Shown here: positions 1 through 14,778 of the stretch, in pieces | Layout of the letters: every line of letters begins with the position of its first letter | Numbering within the stretch: the stretch's first letter is position 1 | NCBI GenBank assembly: GCA_964016885.1 | Contig: OZ024740.1 | Span: 180,048,001 to 180,112,000 of the forward strand | Reading direction: 5' to 3' | Length of the DNA: 64,000 nt | Source of the DNA: Eledone cirrhosa | Taxonomy: Eukaryota | Position numbers and translations under genes: made by a program | The notes under the pieces: model-generated | What the model was told of the DNA's origin: nothing | Databases searched by the model: none | Seen by the model: only the letters and a program-made list of their open reading frames with translations

Positions 1-29
<29 letters not shown>

Positions 30-33
<4 letters not shown>

Positions 34-1400
34 CGAAGAAATTGAAGAAAGAGTAGCAGACCGTTGAAATATAATTTATATGGAGCTTTTATACATGTTA
101 CGCCCAAGTTGGGTACGAATACGATGTTCACATCGAAATTCTTATCGAGTTTTACAGAGTTAGCTGCTTAGGTTTGTGTACAAATAGGAGTAATTCCGGT
201 GTTAATTTTGGAGTTCTCTGCTAAAATTCAATTCCACTATTATAGAATATTAATTTACTCGCCTGGGTCTATATACTATATGCTAATTTGATAATTCTTA
301 GTCACCCGCTTTGCAGAGGCTGAATTAAGGTATGAATGTGAGGTAATATAATGGTCGATGAGATTTATGTACAGTCTAATTTAGTATGATGTAGTAAATT
401 CGACAAAGTTATAAACGCCGGAAAGTGTAGAGGTGTAGACGTCAGGTCTTGCATAGTCAGATGATTATATACCCAAGGTGTTTAAATGGCACAATCATAG
501 ATCCTGCAGAGATACTCAAGATTTATTCCGTTGTTGTGGAGGCGTATGGCGAGGCAATTAAGTCCGGACACATGCAGTACTAAACACTTGAGAGATGACC
601 GTGGCTGGATAATATTATAGTTCCCAGGTGTTTAATTTTTTAGTCCACCGTTTTAAGACCAGCCAGGGTGCGGTATAAAATGCCCAATTGCGAGGTTGAC
701 AATTTCCCAATAAGTGGGAAATTGTCAACCTCGCAACACACTACAACTTCAAGAAGAACTGCTAGCTCTGTCTCATGGAGCTTTACTATATTGTACAAGC
801 GCCCCCTGATCTCATCAACAGCCGAGCCCAAACCGCCATCAATTGCGGCCATAGGCTACAGCACTCTTCTACAGATAGACCCCGGATAATATCCAAGCAC
901 CATAGTACCAGGGCATGTTACACCGCACATATAGACCCAGGCGAGTAAATGAATATTTTATAATAGTGGAAATCAACTTTAACGGAGAACTTCAAAATTA
1001 ACACCGGAATTACTCCCCGTTGTACACAAACATAAGCAGCGAACTCTGTAACAGTCAATATGAATTTGGATGTGAACATGGTATTCGTACCCATACAGAG
1101 TTCCTAATTAAACCATTTACCGCCCTCCGAACCTCCGACGAGCCCAACTTGGGCGTAACATGTGTAAGAGCACCATATAAATTATATTTTAACGGTCTGC
1201 TTCTCTTTCTTCAATTTCTTCGATTATAATTGCTCTGCTTATCTTCGCACACTAAATATGAACGCTTCTAATGTTTAAACTTGTCTGAATAAGCATTAAG
1301 CAATAAAGCACTTGCTTCTGGCAATTAATTATCTGTATCGTCTCCTCCTATAACTTTTCTTCTCTTCTATTCTATATATTCTCTCTCACGATACCATAAT
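30..1400. mobile_element. Fold-back (head-to-head) PLE-derived insertion flanked by (TA)n
   Basis: 30-275 is the imperfect reverse complement of 930-1225 (one ~57-bp indel). A perfect 22-bp hairpin lies at 688-736. A hammerhead relic CCGACGA-gcccaa/ttgggc-GTAA-CATGTG-TA lies at ~1132-1170. Confidence 0.65.
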
Positions 1401-1407
1401 ATTTTAT

Positions 1408-1487
<80 letters not shown>

Positions 1488-1712
1488 AATGATTCTGCAC
1501 CCTACTATCGACGCCACCCCTTCTATGGCTCAACTAACCACTCGACTCCCGGGAATGAATATGACCAGAGCTAGTAAACAAGGACCCACACCCCATCCTC
1601 CCGCAACAAAATTAGACTTATCGTCCCCTGCTTTTGCTCTTTACTCTCTTTACTCTTTGTTCTTGAATGTTTGGTTGGTAGAGTCCATAACACCAATCAA
1701 ACCCCTTTTATA

Positions 1713-1757
1713 GCTCTGACGAATCCTACGGTTACGTAAGGAAGAAACATTGTAAGC
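1713..1757 (+). ncRNA. Minimal hammerhead ribozyme motif in a TA-flanked PLE 3' remnant (1489-1800)
   Basis: gct-CTGACGA-atcctacg gtta cgtaaggaa-GAAAC-att-GTA-agc. Stem I is gct/agc, followed by AATAAA. Confidence 0.7.
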
Positions 1758-3930
1758 CAATAAAAATCTTTTGATGTTGTAGACGCTCTTGTGTTCTTTA
1801 TCATATATGTATATATATAAATTTATATATATATATATATATATATATACGTGTATATGTGTGTGTTAGGGTTTTTGTGTGTTAGTGTACGTGTGTGTAT
1901 GTCTGAGAATGCGTGTATGTGTGTTTTGTGTTGTGGATTTCAACTTCAAACGCAAGAAACCGAAATTAAATAAATGTTATCTACACCATAAGATGGTTGC
2001 TTTTGTTATGACGTAGTAGATAATGATAACATATTCAGTAAAGATCGAAGAGAACAGAAACCAACAAGGATATTATCCTCTCCCATCGTATGTTATTTAC
2101 CATGACATCTTATTACGATATTTAATAACACATGCGAGTAGAAAACAAATTTATTTAGTAATAAATAACTATTTCGCAAATATACTATTATATTAATTAA
2201 CTATTAAATGAATCTTGTTTGAAACGTATTACAACATTTTTACGCAATATCTGACATTGAAACCATCGTTATTTCCATTTCCATCGTCACCATAATCCTT
2301 GTAATCATCATCATCATCATGATCGACGTCCATTGTTATAGTAGTTGTCAGTATTATCTATGTAAATTCTTCTGTCAGTCTGTTGGATCGTTTGTGTACA
2401 GTCTGCGACACAAAGCTTACTGCTAGTTACAAGGTTCCGATATCCTAGGAGGCAAATCTATTTGTCTCGCGTCAATAACAGTCCATGCTTTTACGCTTAC
2501 CATGTATTTTTACTACATATCTGAATAACATATACGAATATTTCTGATATTCTAGCATAAAGAATCTGAGATTAGTGGGGTTCTAGCAATGATGACCACC
2601 TGTTAAATTCGGGTTGAATGTACCCATAAGCATATTATGCAATGTGTTTTAAATTGACTAATATCCGAATATGTAGAAGTTTAAGTGACAAAGTGGTGGC
2701 AACAAGAAAAACTACAAAATGAAAAGAGCACCTCTGTGGCTGTATTCATTCAATATTCAATCTAATGTGAACTATGGAAATTTCCATCTTTTAGTCGCAT
2801 ATAACATTTTCAAATTAGCGATGCGAACACACATACTAGAAAACTACGTCTTGTTATTAAAGGAGACACCAGAATCATACCTGAAGTAATAAGCAAGAAT
2901 AATTAAGCAAAACAACATCTTAATGCTTACTATATTCTTTTTATATATTAATACAGGAGAAAACTTTGGTGGGTATTTTACACGAATCATTCAAACATGC
3001 GAGTGTTTTGTATCCATGTATTACCTGGCATATTTTCCGACATTTAGAAACCTGTGAAAAGTACACAACAGCATAATAATATTTCTTCATGACAACTAAA
3101 ACTTTCTTTCTATCACATCACATGTGTATTAAAAGCAAATAACACAAGTATCAACACCTACTGGAAGAATATAAAATGAGGAAAACAGAAGCTAATCAAC
3201 TTGTTTACTGATATTATATACCTAGTAGTATATATAAAATAAAATAACTATTTCCATTTTATTTAGCAATCCTTTTTATTCAATGAATACAATTTTTGTA
3301 CAAAGCAGTATTCATTTATATATATATATATTTTTTTCCCTAAATATATCACGTTTTCTTCTATTTCTCGAATATGCATATATATAGATGCAGTGATATC
3401 TAAAATATTTGCTGAAAACATATTCTCCTTATTGTTACGTTCAGTAACATTAGAACAATTTAAGGAATACTTACAACACACATAGATGCACGCACGCGCA
3501 CACGCACACACACACACGCACATAGTGTAGGTAGTACGGTGAAGGACTTGTTGGTACCAAATAAAGCACTCTGTTCACAGGCAGAGTGTATATAATAGAA
3601 ACAACGAGGAAATTTCGTTTACAGATGAAAAATATTTATTGCATATCGACCTGTTACGCGCGTTTCGCAGAGGATTGGCTCACGGTGACCCATAGGAGTG
3701 ATGGACTAGACTACATTATCAATCTGCTCCTCAGACTAGTGATGCTACAACAAATCTATTTTTGTTGTGGTTTGTGGACTGAGAATGCATATATATAAGC
3801 ATTAGTCCTATTGTTTTTGTGCGTGGGCGTATATGTATATACTGGTGTATGTTCACTGGTATTCATGTGCCTATTTGCGTGGTCGCGCGAGCAATTAAGG
3901 ATTCGTGTGTGTGTGTGCGCGCGTATGGGG

Positions 3931-4062
3931 GCGTTTTGGAATGTGTATTGGTCAGTCAAACACTTGTGTTGGTGTAAGTAAGAAGCAGGGTGTATGTGTG
4001 CGCGTTTTGGAATTTGTATTGGTCAGTCAAAAATCTGTTTTGGTGTAATTAAGAAACAGGGG
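3931..4062. repeat. ~71-bp tandem duplication
   Basis: gcgttttggaat.tgtattggtcagtcaaa...ggtgtaa..aagaa.caggg occurs twice. Confidence 0.8.
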
Positions 4063-4849
4063 TTTGTGGGGCGTGGCACGCATGGACGACCCTGGGATAG
4101 TTTATCGTGTCGGTAAAGACATTTCATTTTTTTGTCAAAGAATTAAAAAAAGGGGATAATGGATGATGGATAATAAGAAATAATTATAGGACGTATAAAA
4201 TCAACATCATAGACGGGCAAGCATAGGCATACTGACGCGCACTGACATATGTATACCGACATATACATCAAGATACATGAACCCTCATACGGATATAAGG
4301 GAGTACACCCACACACACACACATATGTCACCACATGCACTCTCACATATATATCTTTATATATACACATACATACACATGCACATACATACATGTACAC
4401 AGAGACATATACATGCATGCACACCCATGTGCGCCAAATACACACTTATAAGTACAGACATACACACATGTATACAAGTGCAATAATACGCACTTACATA
4501 CAGCCACATGCACTCCCACATGCTTACACACTCACAGATATATACATACGTGCACACATATATACGTACACATAGCACACGCACACATGTATATCCACAC
4601 ACAGACACACACACATACGCATACACACGTACACACGCACACATATACGTACATACATGCATATATACATATGTACACACATGCCTGTGTGGGCGCCCAT
4701 ATAAACATACATACATCAGCCTATATATGTGTGGAGTCGCAGGGACATACCCATCGGTGCGTGCCCCGTACACACCCATGTACAAACATATACCAGGGGC
4801 AATAACAATGACAGTAATAATTAAGAGATGGTACTGCAGATAAATATAA

Positions 4850-6390
4850 AGAGTTATAAGTAGAAGATATTTCAAATAGATTTATTTTGCTTGCCTGTGT
4901 GCTTGGTAGATGTATGGCTGTGAATTACTTGTTATCCTTAGGTTCTGCTCGTCCACGTTCCTGTTGTACTGATGGGCTTGCAGGTGCAAACTGTTCATCA
5001 CGATCTCGTTGCTCGTGATGAATGCGTTTAAATCGTGTTGAATGCGTTTAAATCGTGATGAACGCGTTTAAATCGTGATGACCGCGTTTAAATCGTAAAT
5101 TGTTTGCACCAGTTCGCCCACCTGCTCAACGTAGTAAATATGATGAGGAACGTACTCCGCATGTGCAACCCTAAAGAATTAGAGAGACGCCATACAAACT
5201 TCACCGACCGCATGCAGTTCTATGGCTACAATTATAGAGACACGATCAGCGTACATAAAGGAGCCAGAACCAAACGAGCAAAGATTCTAGAAAATGATAC
5301 AAATAGGAGTTGCCTCATGTATAGGAGCAATTTCTGCAACAGAATAGAAAGGATTAGAAATAAGGCAATTAAATCAACTCATTGTATGATAGTAATACAT
5401 ACCAAGTGTAATGTTCATCAATACAATCCCTAGAGGCGAACTAGCTTACATATTTTGAAGAGTCCAAGCCAAGCTCAAATTAAATATTAAGATATTTGAA
5501 AAAACAGGCATTCCCATAAAAACCCTAATTTGTATAATATGCCCATTTCAAAGATCCTCATGTACTGATAGGAAATGCATATTCTGCAAGCTAAGTCGGC
5601 ACACTAACTGCAAAAACTAGTAACGTAGTATATAGCATAAAATGTACTGAGGGACAGTGTAGGAATAAGAACATAACAAACATAGGTGAAACAGCCCGTA
5701 ACAAAGAGAAGCGATAAGTGAACATTGGCAAGAACTCCAGGATGGGAAAAACTCATCAGTACTCCACCAACACACGAAAATATAACATAGGTGCACATTA
5801 GAGTATATCGAGATAAAAATGATATCCACACACATAAAATATACAACGCTCAGACAAATCACAGAGGTATCAAACATAAACGAACTCCAACACAAATTAA
5901 AGAGAAAACGTGTGGAATAGTAACTAAGGAAAAAAGGAAGACATACAGGCAGACACAAAAGCCAAACTAACAATCCGAATCAGAGACAAACGGAGAGAAC
6001 AAAAAATCAACACGTGACAAATAAATAAACACATAAATAAATAAATAAAAACTCCATCCTTCCCCGGATGTAACACATGCGCAATCTAGCAAACAGCACG
6101 CAGCACTAAAAAACCAGATGGTGTAGGACAGAACAAAGGAGAGACACAAAATAAAAACCTTATCACTGAGGAGGTCACAAAAAGTATGAGGAAAGAGCTT
6201 TGACAATATATAAAGAAACATCCGCTTATCGCACCGACCAACCAACCAACCAGAAAGTTATAATAAATTGAAGTGAAAACCAACAGGCGCGTGTGTTTTT
6301 ATTGCAGTATAACCCTATCATAGATAACAATATCTGTTTCAACACACGTTTTCAGATAAGATATCGTGCAAAACTAATTAAAAAACGATG
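4850..6390 (+). pseudogene. Degenerate PLE related to the 15.7-20 kb element (RT thumb, GIY-YIG, 3' UTR) with an inverted 5' piece
   Basis: ORF 5104-5433 (MRNVLRMCNPKELERRHTNFTDRMQFYGYNYRD) aligns by eye to MKNVSSMCDPTEMEGHIQHFINRMQFSGYNQRD of ORF 16253-17926. The 3' end ataacaatatctgtttc.acacacg matches 19922-19946. A hammerhead-like motif lies at 6163-6203. Confidence 0.85.
5013..5096. repeat. 20-bp tandem repeat x4 (tcgtgatgaatgcgtttaaa) at an inversion junction
   Basis: Four contiguous near-identical units with no spacers. Confidence 0.9.
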
Positions 6391-6407
6391 CATCTGTATA
6401 TATACAT

Positions 6408-6471
<64 letters not shown>

Positions 6472-6473
<2 letters not shown>

Positions 6474-7135
6474 CGTTTCGCTAATTTCTACCCGCCGAAA
6501 TGCAATTCTCGCTAAATTTAGATTTGTATTAATCTCCCAAGTCAAGCGATTAACCAGTTAATTTTGGGGGCTTTTTAGTTAATTCTATTGACTGATTAAT
6601 CGGTTAAGTTTATTTTAAAAACAACTCGTTCGAGAGCTTTATTCGTTTTGTGTTATTTTTGCTAGCTTTTGCAATAACTACACACGCTGAATTCACTGGC
6701 CAAAATAGGGGGTTTCTCCCCTTAGAACTTCACATGTGCTTTCATAACCTGTGAGATTCTAGCCCAGAACAACAAAATGCCTGTTGAGAAGATGCCTTGT
6801 TCAATCATTATACCAAGAGCTTATTTTTTATAAGCAGACAGTATTTATTGATTTAGGTGTTGCAGAAACCCAAATTCGGAGTATTCCATCGTTCCCTGAG
6901 GGTCCGGGTAACTATTTCAAACATATCTTATTTTGTTTGACCCGTTTAGCTTGTTCGCATTTTTGGCTCTGGTGGTTAATGGCCTCTTAACCATCGTCTC
7001 AGTTTGTATGAACTTTTTAACTTATGTTTATAGCTCTGGTAACTTCATATCCATGGAGCGCTTGTCTACACAATATGGAAGTTGCGTTTCGCTAATTACT
7101 ACCCGCCGAAATGCGATTCTCGTTAAATTTATATT

Positions 7136-7138
<3 letters not shown>
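6472..7138. mobile_element. TA-flanked non-coding element with ~55-bp terminal direct repeats (partial-tandem, pLTR-like)
   Basis: tgcgtttcgctaatt.ctacccgccgaaatgc.attctcg.taaattta occurs at 6472 and 7083, with (TA)n on both sides. Confidence 0.55.
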
Positions 7139-7171
<33 letters not shown>

Positions 7172-7508
7172 TAAAAGGATTTCCAACTTTGTCTGATTTA
7201 CTCGTTTTATTTACAATCCTTTAAAATAATAATGATATTATAATGAAATAGTATGGTATAATTTAAATGTTAAGTGTTAATTGAACAAGTACTTTCATGG
7301 TTACCCAATTTTCAGGTTCATATTCAGTTTGCAATTTTCAACTGTTGACAGTTGCAAACTTGACTGTCACCACTGAATGTAAACCTGATGATTGCGAAAG
7401 CATGAAAGTACTTGTTCAATTAACAGACAATGTTGGAATTCCTTTTAAATTTTCTATACACAATCATACACACCCCTGTATATTTTTTATTTATATCTAT
7501 ATCTATAA

Positions 7509-8100
<592 letters not shown>

Positions 8101-8105
<5 letters not shown>

Positions 8106-8573
8106 GTAGAACACTGGAATGTAATATCCGTAGTAGTAGAGCACTCAGTCCAAGGGACGAGTTAGGTGGAAGTGGTTACACAACAGTTAGTTCACCATAC
8201 CGAGAACAATTGTTTAACCTTAGTGGATCTTCAGCTCGTAATGAACATGGATATAAGGAACAGGAAGGACAACCGTACGAACGCACATGCGCAGAAACCA
8301 GTCACTTCACACAGGCAATACTAAAATGCGTGCGAGAGGTGTAAGGGAGATAACTGCGAAAGTCCGAAAAGTGTTTAGTTGATAAGAAAAGTAGGATGTT
8401 GTGCTAATGATTCAAAGATTTGTAGTTGTAATTGTTCAAAGATTTGTAGTTATGCAAGAGGTATTTCGAGACGTGTGGACAACGTGTGAAGAATTCATTT
8501 CTCGTGGTTAGGCAATCACTATTGCATAATATCGTTAGAATATTTATTCGTTCATCAATACATCTACCATCTA
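8101..8573. mobile_element. Possible solo LTR or MITE
   Basis: Higher-GC block bounded by imperfect inverted ends tagtggtaga...tctaccatcta next to (TA)n; no coding signal. Confidence 0.3.
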
Positions 8574-9021
8574 TAACATGATATACCTATCTATTTATTT
8601 ATTTATTAATTTATCTACTTATAAACGAATGAAAAATATTACATTATAAACAAATTTTAAACAACAAATAATCGTCAAATTTCCTTTTAATATAAATACA
8701 CATAATATTAATGTATGTATTTACATATATACATAGATAATTGTTCGAATATATTTCCCTCAAATTAACGTTATAGAAGTTTTTTTTATGCATCTTCGCT
8801 TTTTTCCTTCTTCTCTCTCACTATTTTATCCTTCTTCTCTTCTCTGTTCTCTCTCCCCATAGTCGTTTAAATAAATGGTTGTTTTTCAATTATTTACATA
8901 TTCATTTGCATATTCACCCATACGTTTGAAAAATCCCTAATACATTTCCACTATCCAGAGAATATGCAACTGATAAGATATGATTTTCCTGGGTATGTCT
9001 CTATTTATAAAATAAACTTTG

Positions 9022-9084
9022 TATTTTATCTGAAGAAAGCGTACCAAAGTCTTTTGGTTCTCTTGAAATATATATAATGAAATA
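9022..9084 (+). ncRNA. Minimal hammerhead motif (TATATA loop-3 family)
   Basis: tattttat-CTGAAGA-stem II-GAAA-TATATA-TA-atgaaata. Confidence 0.7.
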
Positions 9085-9123
9085 AATATGGTTTTATAAA
9101 TATAGTTTCCATTTATTTAACAT

Positions 9124-9185
<62 letters not shown>

Positions 9186-9270
9186 AAAGTTATATTTAAA
9201 TTGTTGGGTTAACAACGAGTAAATATTTATAACTGATATAAAAGCACTCAACAAGTATTTGGAGTATATT

Positions 9271-9634
9271 TATGATATTAAATAAATGGAAACTATATTT
9301 ATAAAACCATATTTATTTCATTATATATATTTCAGGGATATCATATTAACAATATGTTATGCCTTCTTCAGACAAAATACAATATAAACAGTCTTATAAA
9401 TAAATAGATACGACATACCTTTCAATCGACTTGCATTTGGGAGGTTGATTTGGCAGTCCAAATCAACCTCCCAAATGCAAGTCGATTGAAAGTTATGTCG
9501 TATCTATTTATTTATAAGACTGTTTATATTGTATTTTGTCTGAAGAAGGCATAACATATTGTTAATATGATATCCCTGAAATATATATAATGAAATAAAT
9601 ATGGTTTTATAAATATAGTTTCCATTTATATAAT

Positions 9635-9640
<6 letters not shown>
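9271..9640. repeat. Near-perfect palindrome (183-bp arms, 4-nt loop) of a PLE 3' end, with a hammerhead in each arm
   Basis: Centre tgg-cagt-cca at 9451-9460; two mismatches seen. Plus-strand hammerhead 9532-9597: tattttgt-CTGAAGA-...-GAAA-TATATA-TA-atgaaata. Confidence 0.92.
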
Positions 9641-9679
<39 letters not shown>

Positions 9680-9684
<5 letters not shown>

Positions 9685-10440
9685 GTTATTAGGAGTATTC
9701 CAAAGCCTGGTAGAACAAGTTGTGAGGAAAGTTCTCAACATACGTTAAGGTGACTCGACAGGTTGGTAGGGATTCTGTAGTGGAAACACGAACAAACGAG
9801 GAGTGTAATCAAAGAAGAGAAATAGGACGAAGGTAAACAATTACAAATGAATTTAATCCACGTATTTACAATTGTTTCATCAGAATTTCAGTCCATTATT
9901 GCTACACTATGTTATAATAGGCAATCAAGAAAGATACTGTGGCATCCGAATTTTCAAAATACAAAGTTGGAATGACCTTAGGAAATGAAATAAGGGGTAG
10001 TAGTGTAAGATAGAGGAACAGAGAGAGAGAGAGGGGCAACAGAGAAGGAGAGAGAGAGAGAAAAGGGATAGAGGAAGGGAGAGAAAGAGAAAGAGATAGT
10101 GTGGTGTGAGAGGATTTGTATAGGGAGGGGGAGGAGGGATGTGTGCTAAAAGTTGTGATGAGTAGAGGGAGAGAGAAGGAAGATAGAATTTTAAGTGGCA
10201 TTTGGAAGTGGACAGGCGAAAGTCTTACCAGAGAACAGATGAAGAAAGAAAGTATTAAATTTCATATATAGTCTATTTTTAGGGGTGTAGAATTGTTATT
10301 TAGGGTAGAAAGATAGGTAGTGTTTGGATTTGGTTGAAGGTTTGAAGTGTGAGAATTTCGCTTTCAGTTTATGCTGGCAAAAAATTGACCTTTCAATTTT
10401 GTTGTTGAGTAGTTGAGTTGCTGAGTAGTTGAGTAGGGAG
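9680..10440 (-). pseudogene. PLE (Naiad-like) C-terminal and 3' UTR remnant
   Basis: LLNNKIERSIFCQHK resembles the LLNKRSE..CRH C-terminus of PLE GIY-YIG proteins; ends at (TA)n. Confidence 0.45.
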
Positions 10441-10849
10441 TAATTATACTTAATTAGTGAAATATATTTCACAATTTCCGTACATAAATAAATGTGCAAA
10501 CATTTTTGAAGTCTTTTAATTTCCTATTCTTGTTCATATACAAATTACGAAGCTACAACACAGATGAAGTTACGTACCAGAGATTGATGACGGCAGTTAC
10601 GAGTATAATGGTACCGTTTTCTAAAGCATGTCAAATCTAGATAACCTAGTATCCTTGTTATAATGTTGTTTTTTATGACTGCGGTAATAATATTGGTAGC
10701 ACAAAATCGCTGTTAAACAATATTGAGATTTTCGGAAAGAAAAATATTTATCTTGTTCATCTAGAATATTCATAGAATTTTCGAGATTATTATTTAATTT
10801 GAATCATTTTAAGCGAATATTTTTGTGTCATTTTTTACTGAAATGATAA

Positions 10850-11066
10850 TGGTCTCGGATTTAGGCACAAGGTCAGCGATTGTGGGTGCAAGGGGTAAGT
10901 CGATTAAATCGGCTCCGGGTGCGTGTTGCATTATTTTATCAACCCCATCAGAATGAAAGGCAAAGATAACTTCAGTTAGATTTGAACACATAACGTAAAG
11001 CCTCGTAACTCTATGCCGTAAACAATTTGTCCGACTCTCTATCGACTCCGCCAACCCACCACCCAA
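10850..11066 (-). mobile_element. tRNA-derived SINE with Nin/Deu-like core (octopus OK-like) and a 17-bp TSD
   Basis: A-box TGGCGGAGTCG, B-box GTTCAAATC, core gcctttcattctgatggggttgataaaat. TSD ttttactgaaatgataa at 10833-10849 and 11067-11083. Confidence 0.85.
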
Positions 11067-12719
11067 TTTTACTGAAATGATAACGTAAAGAATATTTATT
11101 ACTTTTCCCCTGATTTTCTCTGCTTTTCACCCATGTAATGCATAACATCAATCAACACACATCGTGGATCATTGATCTGTTTTGCATATGACAAAGTGAT
11201 CTGGATGCATTAGAATGAGTATGACATTGTATGGGAATACGTGTGTATTATAAGACTTGTCAATACCATTCACTCCTTAATATTTGGTCGACTCGTAGAA
11301 GTTGCTACGTAGTAGGATCGAAAGGAGCGCCTCATGATACAGTTCGGGAAGGCTTACCTGCATACATTACGCAAACCAGAAGTTGTATTAAGTAGTCATT
11401 AGTTTTCGTTCATTCCCACATGAAATTGTAATTATCAACAGCTCCCAAAATCTATAACCTATATGAATGGTAGCTGTGTTTGAATATTTATCAGATAATA
11501 GAAAATCATATGAATTACTCCATCAATCTACGCGAATTAGCTGGAAAAAGATAGTAATCGAATTACCCGTTATTCTTCAGCATTCAATGTAACACTAAAG
11601 CAAAATTATATTCTTCTTTCTGTGAAAATATTAATATATATTATTCGTGAACCAAACTCAGACGGTTTACATAGTAGTTTTTACTTACACGTAGAAGGAA
11701 ACAGTGTCGAACCAGTTACATATATCATTTCCATATGTTTTAACACCCACAAATTCAACGGGAATCATTACAGTCATACACTCACGGAAATAAATAATTC
11801 CTCTGCCTTTTTATACATATTTATCTTGTATAAATTCCTTTGCATTTTTATGCATAATATACATACTCCAGATAACATACATTATTGTTCTATTAATGTT
11901 TTACTACTTAGCTCTACCATGAATTTGTACTGAATGTGAAATTCTAAATTATGAAATCTTACTAGAACTAGATAAATGTGATAATTTCTATTACCATATA
12001 GCGTAATATACTTACATCAATCGCAGGTCAGTATGCTTTTAAAAAGCAATGAACAATTCATCTCCACAGTTTATAAATTGCCTCTCGGATTGTTTGAATC
12101 TATCGTTATCCAAGCTATGTCTATACGCTAGACATTTTCTGGGAGATAATATAATCCTAGTAAATAACATTAGTTTTGCCCATAGGTTATGGTAGGTTGT
12201 TGTTTTGTGGACAGGTACATACTAGGGAATTGTATAATATGGAATGACAACTATTGGCTTGTTTCTCTTTACACTATAATTATTTTAATCTTATAAATGA
12301 GCAAGACCTAAAACATGTGTGCATCATTTTACCACTATAATATGGGGTCTAAATGCACCACTTCTGGATAAATTGTTCAGCCAATAGTGGATTAACGTGG
12401 CCTTCGATATAATATATGGTGTGTTAAAGAGCGGTTGACTCACAATAATTGAAGCTTACCAAAATAATGTTCTTTAATCGCGTTTACCATACAAAGCATA
12501 AACAGGAAACCTGTAAATTATTCTATCAATGACTGACCTCATATATTCAAAAATATACATGTATATGTGTGGGTGATGCGTATGTATGTTTGCTTCGATT
12601 TGTTTAGTGAGCATATATGCACGTAGGCTGTATGCCGTTTGAGCACTAGATGCTCTCGCAGAGCAGAGCAGAGTATAATACTATAGAATAAAGCAACAGC
12701 ACTGAATCCTTGTTCCTTT

Positions 12720-13337
<618 letters not shown>

Positions 13338-13378
13338 TAGGAATAACCAAAGAGTCCTTATTAATAAATAGTTTTATT

Positions 13379-13425
13379 AGCTAACAGTGTTTCATCCATA
13401 CACCATGGCAGGAATCTTAAGAGCC
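13379..13425 (-). ncRNA. Degenerate hammerhead motif
   Basis: rc: ggct-CTTAAGA-ttcc...ggat-GAAAC-ACT-GTT-agct, then AATAAA; the core is mutated. Confidence 0.45.
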
Positions 13426-13800
13426 TATAAACATGAGTATATCAGTAGTTGCATGCTCCATCGAGCTGCGTGACCAGAACAAGGTTAAATGAGCAGCAGG
13501 GGGTCCCGAGGCTAGCGCTATATGGAAGAAGACATAATACATGATGCACATAATCATAAAATTTCTTTAAACATTTAAAAATTAAAAATTAAAAGTTACA
13601 CCAAAAATCTATCACTTATATGGCGCAATAGATGATAAAGAGGTTGGGAGAGGGTAGCAATGGATGAGTGAGGGTATTACTCAGCATGATCAGTAACAAT
13701 CAGAACATACAAGAAAATAACAAAAGATATATATATATCTACATGTGTAGGCATATTGATATATTTGTCAACGAAATATATATATATATATATATATATT

Positions 13801-13877
<77 letters not shown>

Positions 13878-13890
13878 CACATGTATATAT

Positions 13891-14205
13891 AGGTACACAT
13901 GTTGTTAAAGCGATTTACTCCGTCAATACTCCGATATGTCCTGCTCCTGTTCGGGTTGTTATTTCTCTGAGGAACTGGATATGATTCCAGTTCCTCAGAG
14001 AAATAAGAACCCAGACAGGAGCTGGACATATCGGAGTATTGACGGAGTAAAACACTTTAACAACATGTCTACCTGTCTCTACCACACCAATTCTGACTGC
14101 CTGAAGAGGTCACAACCAACGATGGCTGTCACCGAAATACATATAGCAGTACATACTTAATAAACAAAGGGAAATTTTAAATACTTGACGTAATTACTTT
14201 ATTTT
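13891..14205 (+). mobile_element. Fold-back PLE 3' end (arms 13891-13979 / 13986-14074)
   Basis: Imperfect ~89-bp inverted repeat followed by a hammerhead; flanked by (TA)n. Confidence 0.75.
14096..14150 (+). ncRNA. Minimal hammerhead ribozyme
   Basis: actgc-CTGAAGA-ggt...acc-GAAA-TACATA-TA-gcagt; 5-bp stem I. Confidence 0.8.
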
Positions 14206-14388
14206 ATATATATATATATATATATATATGAAAGAAATAGGATTTCGCTTCAAGCATAGCTTTATACAATATGTATAAATATTTCGTATCTCCAAAGAAA
14301 TGCGATTTTAGGAAGCTATAGCCTGGCAAACAGCGGGCGGAGGGGTTAACGCCCTCTGGCGATGTCCAGCAGAAGCAAGGGGGACAAC

Positions 14389-14428
14389 CGTCTATGCATT
14401 TCAGGCTTAACTGGAATTCGTCAGGACA
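14389..14428 (-). ncRNA. Hammerhead motif (minus copy, stem II partly disrupted)
   Basis: rc: tgtc-CTGACGA-attccagttaagcct-GAAA-TGCA-TA-gacg. Confidence 0.7.
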
Positions 14429-14632
14429 GTCCCTCCCACCGCTTGCGACTGCTGGACTAGGAGACAGGCGAGAATATATACTTTTCACGTCTGTGAGGTG
14501 ATTAATCTCATTTGCATATGAAGCTGCATAAGTTCGCTCAACTTATAATAAAAAAGAAATAGGATTTCGCTTCAAGCATAGCTTCATACAATATGTATAA
14601 ATATTTCGTATCTCCAAAGCGGTGGGAGGGAC

Positions 14633-14672
14633 CGTCCTGACGAAGGCCAGTCAAGCCTGAAATGCATAGACG
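14633..14672 (+). ncRNA. Intact minimal hammerhead ribozyme with palindromic loop 3
   Basis: cgtc-CTGACGA-aggc-cagtcaa-gcct-GAAA-TGCA-TA-gacg; all core residues and both stems intact. Confidence 0.88.
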
Positions 14673-14778
14673 CTTGTCCCCCTTGCTTCTGCTGGACATC
14701 ACCAGAAGGCGTTAGTCCGCCGGTGTTTGCATAGCTACGGCTTCCTAAAACCGTATTTCTTTGGAGATACGAAATATT

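Noticed and set aside
5013-5096. CRISPR-like repeat
   Set aside because: Contiguous units without spacers, eukaryotic context, no cas genes.
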